A stretch of 61,096 nucleotides of DNA, counting the filler, from Dugesia japonica (Eukaryota), in NCBI GenBank assembly GCA_001938525.1. It is 6 parts of 6 records of this genome, joined end to end, with 100 filler letters (N's around TTAATTAATTAA, not from the genome) between each part and the next. Parts side by side here need not be neighbours in the genome. Positions count along the whole stretch, not along the records: positions 1 to 11,382 come from MQRL01512289.1; positions 11,483 to 22,220 come from MQRL01628202.1; 4 more parts are not named here. One strand, written 5' to 3'. How positions within the stretch are numbered: position 1 is the first letter of the stretch; each line of letters begins with the position of its first letter. Shown piece after piece: positions 1 to 11,499 of the stretch. The position numbers were made by a program, and so were the translations under genes. Below the pieces are notes generated by a model. That model was not told the DNA's origin. It was given only the letters and a program-made list of their open reading frames with translations, and searched no databases.

Positions 1-650
1 GGTTTATTATTTCCTTGGCTTTGGTAAATTAGGGTTGAATTTGTTTGAATTTTCAAGTTTTTTAAAATTATTTTGAACTCTTTTCGTGAAATTAGGTCAT
101 TTTGTTTAAATTTTCAGATTTTTAAAATTTTTAAATCAAATTTTTGTGTGATAGTCCAGGAGAATATCCGAAATTTCGAAAATTTTTGAAAAAAATTTTG
201 TCGAGATTTTTACATCAATCGATGGAGAATTTAATGGAGNNNNNNNNNNNNNNNNNNNNNNNNNNNNNNNNNNNNNNNNNNNNNNNNNNNNNNNNNNNNN
301 NNNNNNNNNNNNNNNNNNNNNNNNNNNNNNNNNNNNNNNNNNNNNNNNNNNNNNNNNNNNNNNGTTTATCAGGAATGAAATAAATAGGATTTTGTGGTGA
401 AAATTCTCAAATTTTGAATTTTGGTGCTCAATTTTCTGTGCGTACATAACTCGTATAGTTTCAAATTTGGTATTATTTTACTCTAGAGGAAAAAGTGACT
501 ATGCAAAGTTAAAATATCGTCTCAGGTAAAATGCGTCCTAACAAAGATATTCAGCTGTCCTTTCGGATTTGGTAACTTTTTTCGAAAATTAAAAAATTAT
601 CTTAAAATTGGTCCGCAAGGTATCTATAAAAATTATACCTGTATATAAGG

Positions 651-1265
651 TATAATTTTATTTTATTTTCTACTACAATTAATCAATTTGAAATTCAATT
701 ATTATATCATGGATTTAATCAAGGACTTGGTAAACAAGATTTAATTAATATTTTTTCTGATGATGTACAAAATAGAATACCAAAAGATTTAACACTACAA
801 GAAATTATATATTGGTATTGTACTCAACCCAGTTTACTAGAAGTTGGTCAAACCAGTGAACAAATAAACATTACAATTTCAACTATAGCATCTGAAATTA
901 TTCCATGTGATAAATTACCATCAAATAAAAAAAATTTAATAATCTTTGATGATGTAGTAAATGAGAAAAACCAACAGATTCAGAAATCTTATTTTACTAG
1001 AGGAAGACATAATAATTGTAATGTAATTTATATATCACAAACATATTATGAATTGGATAAAAATAGTATAAGAAATAATAGTAATTGTTTTATATTTTTC
1101 AAATTAGGAAAAAGAGACAAGGATAATGTTTATCATGATCTTTTTAGTAATATTTTTAATAATAAAGAAGAATATGATTTTGAAACTAATNACCATTGGA
1201 AAACTAAATACAACTACTTTTATCTAGATAAGGAAAAAGAAATTTTGGTAGATTCATTATTCTAA
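651..1265 (+). pseudogene. A32/FtsK-like genome-packaging ATPase, 5'-truncated (Walker A missing)
   Basis: Frame is open from ~651: STTINQFEIQLL...NLIIFDDVVNEKNQ...YFTRGRHNNCNVIYISQTYYELDKNSIRNN (Walker B and RGRH motifs). Clearly homologous to 35230-35945(-), which retains GSSGCGK. Confidence 0.9.
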
Positions 1266-1306
1266 TTCATTGGATTCATTAGATACTAAATAATCTTTAT
1301 AATAAA

Positions 1307-1840
1307 ATGACTTTAACAACTACAACAGAAAAAGAATTAATAGATTTGATAAATAGTGATAAATCTAAATCAATAAAAATAAATGGTAAAAATTATTGGA
1401 TAGGAAAAAAGACTAAAGAAATATTAAAACAAAAGATGGAAAAGGAAGGTGGGGTGTTTCCATTATTAGCTTTAATACCTGGTATTTTAGCTGGAATAGG
1501 TGCAGCAAGAGGAGCAGCTGCAGGAGTTGCAGGCGCAGCTGCAGGTATTGCGAAAGCAGTTTCCAATTCACGTAAAGCGATTAATAATCAAAAAAAGAAT
1601 GAATTATTAGATTTCCAACTTGGAAAAATAAAACAAGCTAGCCAGTCAACTGCCCAGTCAACTGGATCTGGTCTTTATTTAAATAATTATCAAGGTTCAG
1701 CTATTCATAAATATTTAAAATCTATTGGTTTACCACTTGAAATAATTAATAAAAAGAAATTTAAAAAAGGAATAGAAATTATACCAAGTGGAAAAGGTTT
1801 ATATTTGAATCCTTATCAAGATCCTTATCAACAAAAATAA
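1307..1840 (+). CDS. Adenovirus protein X (pX/mu)-like virion core protein
   Basis: KEGGVFPLLALIPGILAGIGAA resembles the adenovirus pX C-terminal GG-ILPLLIP motif. Repeated GxGLYLNxY motifs; homolog at 33330-34017(-). Confidence 0.7.
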   Translation: MTLTTTTEKELIDLINSDKSKSIKINGKNYWIGKKTKEILKQKMEKEGGVFPLLALIPGILAGIGAARGAAAGVAGAAAGIAKAVSNSRKAINNQKKNELLDFQLGKIKQASQSTAQSTGSGLYLNNYQGSAIHKYLKSIGLPLEIINKKKFKKGIEIIPSGKGLYLNPYQDPYQQK

Positions 1841-1852
1841 ATATTAAAGAAA

Positions 1853-2500
1853 ATGAGTGATTGGATTGAAGATAGAATAAAAAGTTTAAAAGAACAAATT
1901 AAAGGAAGAGAGAAATATGATAATTTAATTCTTGAACAAGTTTATTTTAATTCATTTAGTTCACAAGGTAATATATTACAAAGTAATTTATTACAAAGTA
2001 ACAAGGATCTTATTAAAGAACCTATTAAAATTGATTTTATCAAAGATGCTATAAAATTTGAACCAATCAAGGATCCTATCAAAGATATTATCAAAGATGT
2101 TATCAAAGATGATAGATTAAGAATAAAAAAAGAAGATTTAAAAGTTACTAAAAAATATGATTTATCAGATATGATTTATTCAGATAGTTTAATTCCTTAT
2201 ATTATTTATAATGAAGATGCTAATAGTAATGAAACTTTTGATTCTTTTAAAATAGGTTCAGATATAATTTATTTAAAACAAAGAATAAGAGATGGTGAAT
2301 TAAAGAAATATTTTGTTGTAGATAATAAAGAAATACCATTTAATAAAGAAGTATTAAATTTAATGTTTGGTTATGGTTCAAATGATGATGAAGCTAAAAG
2401 TATTTATTTAAAAGAATTTAATTTTAATATTCCTGCAGCAAGTAAATATATTAAAGCATGTAAAAAACAGGAATATTTGATAATCAATTTAAAAAATTAA
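1853..2500 (+). CDS. Polinton hypothetical protein with IKD/IKE micro-repeats
   Basis: 215-aa ORF in the Polinton gene cluster; no family recognised. May be frameshift-joined to 2569-2784. Confidence 0.5.
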   Translation: MSDWIEDRIKSLKEQIKGREKYDNLILEQVYFNSFSSQGNILQSNLLQSNKDLIKEPIKIDFIKDAIKFEPIKDPIKDIIKDVIKDDRLRIKKEDLKVTKKYDLSDMIYSDSLIPYIIYNEDANSNETFDSFKIGSDIIYLKQRIRDGELKKYFVVDNKEIPFNKEVLNLMFGYGSNDDEAKSIYLKEFNFNIPAASKYIKACKKQEYLIINLKN

Positions 2501-2568
2501 AACATCCACCTGAATATAAAGAAATTGATAGTCTAAAGAAAAATAGAGAAGAGAATAGAAGAGCTAAT

Positions 2569-2784
2569 ATGGATGGTAATAGAAGTATTGAAAATAATAT
2601 TGGTGATGGACTTGTTAATAGAAACCCAATAAAATTATTAGAGAAATTTGTTAAAATAACTTGTGCAATTAAATCTGGTCATGATAATCTTGAAGATGAA
2701 TTTAAAAAAATAATTAATAAACTATTGGATTCTAAAATCATAACAAGGGAAAAATATTCAAGATTGATGGAAAAGTATTTATAA
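2569..2784 (+). CDS. Small conserved Polinton ORF (or C-terminus of the preceding gene)
   Basis: NPIKLLEKFVKITCAIKSGH is matched by NPIAKWEKLVRIISAV at ~32560-32615(-) in Polinton copy 2. Confidence 0.55.
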   Translation: MDGNRSIENNIGDGLVNRNPIKLLEKFVKITCAIKSGHDNLEDEFKKIINKLLDSKIITREKYSRLMEKYL

Positions 2785-2856
2785 TAAACTTGAGCGCAGG
2801 GAGTGCTTTTTACTTGAGCTTAAAAATAAATTATAATAAATCACTACGCTCGGTTA

Positions 2857-3582
2857 ATGTCTCATCAATTTTTAATATTCGGTCAAGAACGAGAATTAGA
2901 AACTAATTTACCAAGAGCTTTAAAATTAGAAGGAAGATTGGAAATTGGTTTAATTTGGTTTACTACATCAAACATGATTTTAAATATTAATAATAAAAAT
3001 AATAAATACAAAATAGATAATATAGAAAAAACACTTACTCCTGGAGCATATGAAATAAAACAAATTGGTGAAAAATTAACACTAGTTGGTCAGTCAGGAA
3101 CTGGAATACTTTTAACTTTTGATACTTCTACAGGAAAAGCATTAATGACTTTATTTCTTGGTAACAATAAGGAGCTTAATAAACCAACTAGTCTAGAATT
3201 AAAACTTGAATTTGATAATACTTCTTTTTTTCATACTATTCTAGGATTTGATGTTAAGGAATATAAAATAAATAAAACAAGTAATTACATTTCAGAAAAT
3301 AAAATTAATATTATTGATGTAAATACAATTAATATTATTTGTAANNNNNNNNNNNNNNNNNNNNNNNNNNNNNNNNNNNNNNNNNNNNNNNNNNNNNNNN
3401 NNNNNNNNNNNNNNNNNNNNNNNNNNNNNNNNNNNNNNNNNNNNNNNNNNNNNATATATTCAAAAATAAATACAGATTTCATATCTAGAATAAAATTAAA
3501 TATAGTTGATGAAAATTTCAACACTATAAATTTTGATGGAGAAAAAATAAATATACTATTACATTTAAGACAAGTTGGATAA
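2857..3582 (+). CDS. Minor capsid protein (penton, single jelly-roll)
   Basis: LTPGAYEI, ILGF, INIIDVNTINIIC and C-terminal ISRIKLNIVDENFNTINFDGEKINILLHLR motifs typical of Polinton penton. Contains an N gap. Confidence 0.8.
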   Translation: MSHQFLIFGQERELETNLPRALKLEGRLEIGLIWFTTSNMILNINNKNNKYKIDNIEKTLTPGAYEIKQIGEKLTLVGQSGTGILLTFDTSTGKALMTLFLGNNKELNKPTSLELKLEFDNTSFFHTILGFDVKEYKINKTSNYISENKINIIDVNTINIICXXXXXXXXXXXXXXXXXXXXXXXXXXXXXXXXXXXXXIYSKINTDFISRIKLNIVDENFNTINFDGEKINILLHLRQVG

Positions 3583-4033
3583 TAAAGAAATGGTAAACTG
3601 GTCAGTAAGCTGGACAATACTAGATTTTCTAAAAACATTTGGTATATCATCAATGACTAATTTTGATTTAATGGAAATTGCTAATTTTTTAAATATTGAT
3701 GTTTATGTAGTTATGAAGAATGAATTCCAAAGTCAACCAACTGGAAACTATATAATAAACTATCAAAATTCTAATCAAAAAGGATCACATTGGGTTGCTT
3801 ATATAAATTCCAATAATAAAAACCAGTTAACTGGTTACTATTTTGATTCTTATGGACTACCTTCATTAGATTGTATCCCCAAAGTTGACAAGTGGAATAA
3901 AATTCAAGTTCAACCATGGGGAACAAGAATATGTGGAGTGTTGTGTATTTATTTTATTTATTGTATTTATAACAATATTGAATTTAAAGAAATAATAAAA
4001 GAATTAAAATATACCTTTAAAGATTTTCTTTGA
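3575..4033 (+). CDS. Adenain-like (C5) cysteine maturation protease
   Basis: Catalytic motifs GSHWVAY, YYFDSYG and QVQ...CGVLC. Confidence 0.92.
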   Translation: MDNKEMVNWSVSWTILDFLKTFGISSMTNFDLMEIANFLNIDVYVVMKNEFQSQPTGNYIINYQNSNQKGSHWVAYINSNNKNQLTGYYFDSYGLPSLDCIPKVDKWNKIQVQPWGTRICGVLCIYFIYCIYNNIEFKEIIKELKYTFKDFL

Positions 4034-4053
4034 GTAAAGAAATTATTTAAGAA

Positions 4054-5376
4054 ATGACTCATAGTTTTTCAAATGTAATAATGAATAGATTTGGTGAAAC
4101 ACTTGAGAATAAAAATACTTTTCAATTACTAGAAGCCTTTGATGGTAAAGTAGAAAGTAAAATTAATATTAAATTAAAAATACATGAACATGAAGAAGTA
4201 AAAAATAAAAAATATGATGATAAAGATTTTATTAAAAAAGAAATCCGTGGAATTGAAAACAAGTTGCAATCACAAATTCAAATTATTACTAACCAACTAG
4301 TTGGACAACAAATAACAATTGATACATTAATGGAAAGTAATAAATTACACTTGAGTGAAAGAAAAAAAGAATTTATAAAACTAAAAAGTGAAATGTTAAT
4401 TCAATTTGAAAATTTAAAACAAATCAAAAATATTTATAAAGTCATCTTTATATTTAATAATCAATTAAATAAGCAAGAGAAAAAAGTTGAAGATTTAAAG
4501 AAACAAGTTGAAAAATTAACAAGTAATTTTAGTAAAGAAAAATGTGACAAGTTAATGAAAGAAGTTGATATATTAATGTATGAATATAAATTAAAACATC
4601 AAATGGAAAATGATCTTTTACCTAAATTAAAAGAAGAATTTAAAAAAATAGAAAAAGATCTAGATGTAAAAAAAGAAATACAAATTATAAAATATTTAAA
4701 TCATTTGAATAGACAAAGAAAAGAAAAGAAAATTTATGATAAAGATAAATTAAATTACTTGAATAAATTTTTTAATAATTATTTACCATATAAACATTAT
4801 TTTGGTAAAACCTATTTTAAATTAGTTTTAGGGAAAATGGAAACGGTAGAATATAAAAAAACAATTTTTATAATATCTTCTGAATTTATTAAACATAATT
4901 TACCATGTATTGGAGTAATGATATTAAAAAACTATGATATTCTAAGAAAAGGTAAACTTGAAAAATTTAATTATAAAAATTATTATCTTCTCTTGGATAC
5001 ATTTAAACTAAATATTAAATTAGTCACTGGAAAAGATGAATTAATATTTATTTTTTGTTTTTGTCATAATCCCAATAATGGAAAAGAAACTAATGTTGGA
5101 ATTTTATTTAAAACCCTTACTAACCCAATGATTTTTAAATACTTTAGTTATAAAATAAATACAATTAATGAAGTTTATTTTACTATAAATAAAAAAGAAA
5201 TAAGTAAAACTGAATTTAACTCATCTTCTTTTTCAATATATATTTTTAAAGGTGTTTATTTTAAAAGTTTAGAAATTAAAACTCCACTAGATTATAAAGA
5301 AAGAAAAAGAAGAGGATATGTCCTAAAAAAAGAGATTGATCCAAATGAAGAATACGAACTAGATGAAACAAAATAA
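4054..5376 (+). CDS. Polinton hypothetical protein, N-terminal coiled coil
   Basis: Intact 440-aa ORF, heptad-rich N-terminal half; a positional counterpart lies at 54741-56183 in copy 3. Confidence 0.55.
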   Translation: MTHSFSNVIMNRFGETLENKNTFQLLEAFDGKVESKINIKLKIHEHEEVKNKKYDDKDFIKKEIRGIENKLQSQIQIITNQLVGQQITIDTLMESNKLHLSERKKEFIKLKSEMLIQFENLKQIKNIYKVIFIFNNQLNKQEKKVEDLKKQVEKLTSNFSKEKCDKLMKEVDILMYEYKLKHQMENDLLPKLKEEFKKIEKDLDVKKEIQIIKYLNHLNRQRKEKKIYDKDKLNYLNKFFNNYLPYKHYFGKTYFKLVLGKMETVEYKKTIFIISSEFIKHNLPCIGVMILKNYDILRKGKLEKFNYKNYYLLLDTFKLNIKLVTGKDELIFIFCFCHNPNNGKETNVGILFKTLTNPMIFKYFSYKINTINEVYFTINKKEISKTEFNSSSFSIYIFKGVYFKSLEIKTPLDYKERKRRGYVLKKEIDPNEEYELDETK

Positions 5377-5388
5377 ATAATTTAAAAA

Positions 5389-6075
5389 ATGACTAACCAA
5401 TCAATAGGTGGAAAACTATATCCTGATTTATCTGATGATAATTCTGTTAATGATAATTATTCAACATTAGAAACTATACAACATTTAAAAAATAAATTAA
5501 ATAGAACAAGAATTAGAGATTTTGAAAGTGATTTAGAATGGATTGATGATAAATTAAAACATTATAACAAATTATTAAAAAGATGGTCAAGATTTGTTAA
5601 TGGTATTAGATTTACTGATGTAGGAATATCTACTATAGTAGGAATAGCTTCAGGTACTATAATTTCAATGACTACTTTATCTTTTACAATTCCATTAATA
5701 GCTACAGGAATAATAACTGGAATACCAATAATTTATTCTATAGCTCATGGTTCTTTACGTATTAGTTTAATTAGAAAAAGATTAATTAAATATGCTTTAA
5801 AAATTAAACTATTGGAAGAAACTAAAAATAAATTATTCATCTTTCATGTAAAAGCTTTGGAAGATGATGAATTAACTAATGAAGAAATTAAAACTTCAAA
5901 AGATATAATTAATAATGTTAAAGCTCAACTTGATAAACATTCTATTAAACATTCCAACAGTAATCAACCTGATGACAACCTAAAAGATCAACTTGATCAG
6001 TTTAGTAAAACCTTTCCAATATTAATGAATCAACTTTCTCTTCAACTTGGAAATATAAAAAAATCAACTAGTTAG
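5389..6075 (+). CDS. Polinton membrane protein with hydrophobic hairpin (possibly the adintovirus 'gasdermin-X'-type ORF)
   Basis: LYPDL N-terminus, coiled coil, two Gly/Ser/Thr-rich hydrophobic segments; clear homolog at 56211-56639. Confidence 0.6.
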   Translation: MTNQSIGGKLYPDLSDDNSVNDNYSTLETIQHLKNKLNRTRIRDFESDLEWIDDKLKHYNKLLKRWSRFVNGIRFTDVGISTIVGIASGTIISMTTLSFTIPLIATGIITGIPIIYSIAHGSLRISLIRKRLIKYALKIKLLEETKNKLFIFHVKALEDDELTNEEIKTSKDIINNVKAQLDKHSIKHSNSNQPDDNLKDQLDQFSKTFPILMNQLSLQLGNIKKSTS

Positions 6076-6108
6076 AAAAACTATTAACCCAAAACCATTT
6101 ATTTAAAA

Positions 6109-9100
6109 ATGGCAAGAGTTAAAAATTTAAATGATAATGGGAGTGGTGGTAATCTCTCCAAGTTTTGTGAATTGTGTAATCAATATTTTAGAAGTCTTTA
6201 TCATCTTGAAACTCATTTAAAAGGTAGAGCTCATTTAAGAAAAGTTGAATTATTTAATGCAGGAAATGTTTGGAGAAGATGTCATATTTGTGATATTAAC
6301 TTTGATAATTTAGTTAATTATAATAGACATTTACAAGGACGTAAACATGTTATGAAAGTAGCTGAATTAGAACCAACTAGTTGGAATGATTCTGATTCAG
6401 ATTCTGATTCAGATTCTGATTCAGATTCTGATTCAGATTCTGATTCAGATTCGAATATTAATCTAAGAGATTTATTTAAAGATTATAGTGAATATGAAAT
6501 TGAAACTTGTAAAAAATCAATGATTAAATTAAAAAGATATTTTAATATTTATAAAAATGAAAAATAACCTGCTATTGAAAATATTTATCAATTTAATCAT
6601 AGAATAAATTTTAATCCATTAAAAGATTATTCTACAGAAATAAATGAAATGGTTAATTTGTTTATAAATAATTTTCAAAAAGTAGCAGTTTCAATAACTT
6701 GTTCAACTACTTATACTAAAGACTTTACTGGTGAAAATAGTATTAATACTCAAAATTGGATAAAAGATTATGATGCTCATTCAGAGAAAATAACAATGCC
6801 TAATCAAATTAATGAAGTAATTAATAATATGTTAGATCAGTTATCTGAAGATATTTTCACAACTGAAACTCAAGGATCAGGATGGTCATTTAATAATTTT
6901 AATTCTTTTACAATTGAACTTTCAAATTATGAATCTTTAACTGGTCAAGGTTATTCTCCTTTACCTTCAGAATGGAATAATACTTCAGGAATTTTAAATA
7001 TTAAAAATCCAAAGAATGATTTTAATTGTTTTAAATATTGTATAATAGCTCATCTTAATACTAAACTAGGAGATACAGTTTTTAATTATAAAGATCAGAA
7101 TACATTGGATTGGACAGGAATTAATATGCCAATGGATATAAAAAATATACCTAAATTTGAAAGATTGAATGATTTTAAAGTTAATGTCTTTGAAGTCTTG
7201 AAATCAAATGATAGACCTAAAATACAAAAACTTTATTGTTCACACTTTGAAACTAATCCTTCTCATTTAGTTAATAAATGTAATCTATTATTTTGGAATA
7301 ATTTTTCACAGGAAAGTCATTATATTTTAATTCGAAATTTAAATAAAATAAATTCCAAATCTAATCATACTAATGAGTTATGTATCAATTGTATGAATTG
7401 GAAAAGAAATAAAGAAGCTTTAATTAATCATCAAAAGATTTGTTTAAAACAGAAATCTTCAGATATTAAATTTACTAGTAATAAAATATATAAATTTAAT
7501 AAATTTTATATGAAAAACTGGAATCCATTTACTATTTACTTTGATATAGAAACTTTTAAAGATTCTAATTCCTCTGAATTAATTCCATTTTGTTTAGGTT
7601 TATATCTTGTAAGTACTCATTCTTTAGTTAAAAATATATATAATTCTTTCACAGGAATAAATTGTATAGCAAAATTTATTGAATGGTTATTAAAATTTAA
7701 TAGTATATTTGAAAACTTGATTAATAAAAGTTATCTTTCTATACCAATTGATGATAATGTTAATCTTGATAATGAAAAATGTTATTATTGTAATTTTAAT
7801 AACCATAAATGTAATTATTTATCAATAGATCCATGGACAGGAGCTTTTAGAGGATATGCTCATAAGGAATGTATAAAGAAATATGAATCTCCTAAAAAGT
7901 ATTTCATTTCAGTTTATGCTCATAATGCTTCTAAATTTGATAATCATTTTGTTTTTAAGGAATTATCTAAATCTCATTCTAATAAAATTTGTAATTTAAT
8001 TCCTTTAAATGATGATGTCTACATTTCATTTTCAGTTGAAAGATTAAGATTTCTTGATTCACTTAGAATGTGTAGTGGTCATTCTGTAGAGAAAATGTGG
8101 CAAGATTTATTAAAAAGTAAAAACCATCCTCTTCTTTCTTCATTTTCACTTAAACCATGTAAAGGTTTCTATCCTTATGACTTTGTAACTGGGGAAAATT
8201 ATTCAGAAGTAAAAACTAAACTATTAAATTACTCTCCAAATATTAATGACTTTTATAATGTTTTAAAACAAAGTAAATTATCTGAATCTGATTATGAAAT
8301 ATTTTTACAAGAATATTCAAAATTTAATAATTTAATGGATTATACTTTACATTATTTAAAATTAGATGTATTAATTCTAGCAGACTTTTTTGAGAATTTT
8401 AGGAAATTATCAATGGATAGAAATGAAACTGATCCAACTTATTGTTATTCTGCTCCAGGTTTAACTTGGGAAATTGGTATGAAAGTATCAAAAGTTGAAT
8501 TATTAAATGCTAATAACTTAAACTTTCTAACTATTGAACAAGGAATTAGAGGAGGATTTTCTGGAGTATGTGGAAATAGACATGTAGTAGCTGATGAATT
8601 TCATACTATAAAATGTTTTGATGAGAATAGTTAATATGCTGCTTCGATGAAAAAACGATTACCGTGGGGTGAAATGAGTTGGGATTTAAATAAAACTTAT
8701 ACCAGAACTAATGATAAATTCACAATAATAGATGGTGAAAAAATTTATATGGATTATATTTATACAGTTAATTTAATTTATCCAGAAAATATTAGGGAAA
8801 AAAGTAAATACTATCCATTTCCAGTTGATAAACAATCAGTAGATTTAAATGATTTAAGTGATTATCAAAAGGATTTATTATTATTAAGTAACCAAAAACA
8901 ATCTAAATTTGAAAAATTAATAATGAATCAGAAAAATAAATATAATTATGTAGTTTTAGGACAAGTTTTAGATCTTTATCTGGATCATGGAATGATTCTT
9001 TCAAAACTTCATAGTAAAATAAATATTCCTACTAAATATTTGCTTAAAGATTACATTATTTCTAATATTAATTCTAGAGATGAAGCAAAAGCTAATAATG

Positions 9101-9860
9101 ATGACTTTGGGAATTCATTTTTTAAACTATTAAACAATGCATTTTTGGTAAAACACTAGAGAATGTAAGAAATAGAATTAATTTATTCTTGGCAAAAACA
9201 AAAAAAGAAATATTAAATCCAGTAGCAAAGCCAGGATATAAATCTTCTACTATAATTAATGAAGAAGTTGCTTTAATAAAAACATTTAAATCATTAATTA
9301 TGTATAATAAATTTCAATATATTGGGTTCTTTGTATTAGATTATGCAAAATTAATAATTTATGATTTTGTTTATAACCAATTAAATCTACTAATTCCAAA
9401 TGATATAGTTAATAATTCTGAACAATGGAGAATACATTATAGTGATACAGATTCTTTAATGATTGAATTTATTCTTTATAATCAATCTTGGAAAGAATTT
9501 TCAGAAAAAACTAAAATTAAAAATTTATTTGGTACAAATTTATTTCAAATGAAGGATGAATATCCTGATGAAATAATTAAAGAAGCATTTTTCATTAAAG
9601 CAAAATCATATTATCCTGTTAAAGAAAAGAAAGATTTAAAGAAACACAAAGAAGTAAGTAATACTAATAACTTTACACCTCTACAATATAAAAATGTTTT
9701 GTATAATAATTCAATAATAACAGGAACTAATTATTCTATTAATTCTAATCTTCATNNNNNNNNNNNNNNNNNNNNNNNNNNNNNNGCAATTACTTCATTT
9801 GATGATAAACGTTTTATTTTATCAGATGGAATAACTACTCTACCATTTGGTTATTTATAA
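6109..9860 (+). pseudogene. polB: Protein-primed family B DNA polymerase (pPolB) with two N-terminal zinc fingers and a (DS)n tract; two in-frame stops and one frameshift
   Basis: ExoI FDIET, ExoII HNASKFDNHF and LDVLILADFFENFR. Motif A DENS*Y has a stop at 8632-8634. Motif B KLLNNAF/GK has a frameshift at ~9147. Motif C is YSDTDS. ORF 6109-6567 is in the same frame as 6649, separated only by TAA at 6565-6567. Confidence 0.93.
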
Positions 9861-9955
9861 AACTATTAAAACCAACTTTTTTATTAAATTTTTTCATAGA
9901 TTGATTACCAGGGCCGGCAAACCATCATTTTCACCTACTTATCATTTTCAAGGAT

Positions 9956-10252
9956 CTGCTTACCCCGAACCCAAATCATCTTTTTTTCTTTGAAAATCTT
10001 TTTGTCAAATATATTCACTAATAAAAATTTGGTCCTGCTGCTTTAACCACCATCCAATTATTTTTTTAGTATTTTTTACACTTTTTACAAAAACTGATAA
10101 ATTAACACTTTTTCTTAATTTTTCTTAATTTTTCATCATTTTTTTCAACTTCCAAATTTCGCGGCTCTGCTTACCCCGAACCCAAATCATCTTTTTTTTC
10201 AAAAATCGTATGGTCTGGGGGGGGCCTGCATTCCCGCCTTTCTACATCTACT
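9956..10252. repeat. Polinton right terminal region with subterminal direct repeat
   Basis: CTGCTTACCCCGAACCCAAATCATCTTTTTTT at ~9956 and ~10167; E2F-like TTTCGCGG and TTCCCGCC; terminus CTACT at 10252. Confidence 0.6.
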
Positions 10253-11382
10253 TATATAGTATTATCATTAACGTTATTTCGGTTGGGTGTTTTGCTAGAA
10301 TTACTACCTTGGAGATAAGATTAAAATAGGATCTAAATTCATCGTGAGTTATTGCAGTGATACCCATTACCATCAATGGATCTAATTCTGGTTACTTATA
10401 AATCGCATTCAATATGTTCCACTTGAATCATAATGAATTCATAATTCAGTTCAGGTAGATGTCCAGGATGATGAGGGACACATTGAGTTTCATTTGTCGG
10501 GAAAGAGAACAAGCACGGCGTAAGCAGTTAATCGGCCATCTTCTCTTCTCCAACCTTGTCCCTTCCCCGGATGAACTGGATCTAAGATGTTATAGAGAAT
10601 TATACCCACTCCCAATGGAAATTCGACTTAGACGTTGAGCCTGTTTATGAGCAATAAAATAAACTTCTGTGTTGTCTAAACTCGTTTCGTGGCCTAGCTA
10701 ACTTCATTCTTTAGGTTTATTGATGTTATGCATACATATGAATGGCGATTAATATTGACAGTAATTTTAATTTCAGTTAGAAATGGAATCGATATGGAAA
10801 AGGGTAATCGACCGCGACATAGGAACCCGGATAACCGTGACGCTGGTATTTTGTCTGACTGGCCAAACTTACCACCGGTAGAGACCATGGTCGCCAGAAT
10901 CCAAGACTTTGGTGAGCGACAAAGTTATCTGAGCTGGACGGGGCCTGACCGAACTCTCACCACGTCATTTCAGTACCAACCGCCAGCCCCACCCCCAGCG
11001 GTGCAGGTCTTTACTAACAATTTATTATGGGGTGTAAGAAAACCCTCGGGTAGCGAAGACTCCGAGAATACCGCACCCGTGGCCGATTCAGCACCTACTC
11101 ATTAGCGGTTTATTATTTTCTTTTGTGTTTTAAAATAAAATAACTAATTGTTCCGGACTTATAACTAAATCTTTTAATCCCGTAAAGTTTTCTTTTATTA
11201 AAAATAATATTAACGATGGATAATTGTCTACCGAGTAACAATAAGTGTAAGTAGTTGGTGTTACTCACCAAATCTTTATATTGTGTTTGATAAAATTCGT
11301 TTACTTCTAGTGCACTCCTCACTGAATTGTGTTGCGGCCCCGACCAAGAAAGTGAGAGCTTCTAGTTGTTGGGGTGAAACAC

Positions 11383-11482
11383 NNNNNNNNNNNNNNNNNN
11401 NNNNNNNNNNNNNNNNNNNNNNNNNNTTAATTAATTAANNNNNNNNNNNNNNNNNNNNNNNNNNNNNNNNNNNNNNNNNNNN
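11383..11482. other. Artificial contig spacer
   Basis: 44 N + TTAATTAATTAA (stops in all six frames) + 44 N. Confidence 0.97.
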
Positions 11483-11499
11483 TATATATATATATATAT

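Larger units (their letters stand above)
651..10252 (+). mobile_element. Polinton/Maverick (adintovirus-like) endogenous virus, copy 1; left-truncated, right terminus apparently present
   Basis: Co-oriented ATPase, pX-like, penton, adenain and pPolB genes. Ends in ...CTACATCTACT at 10252 (reverse complement AGTAGATGTAG, a Polinton-type AGT terminus). Confidence 0.93.

Noticed and set aside
136-447. ORFs spanning N runs (also 31787-32176 and 39104-39379) and short antisense ORFs over real genes
   Set aside because: Artefacts of gaps or shadow frames.
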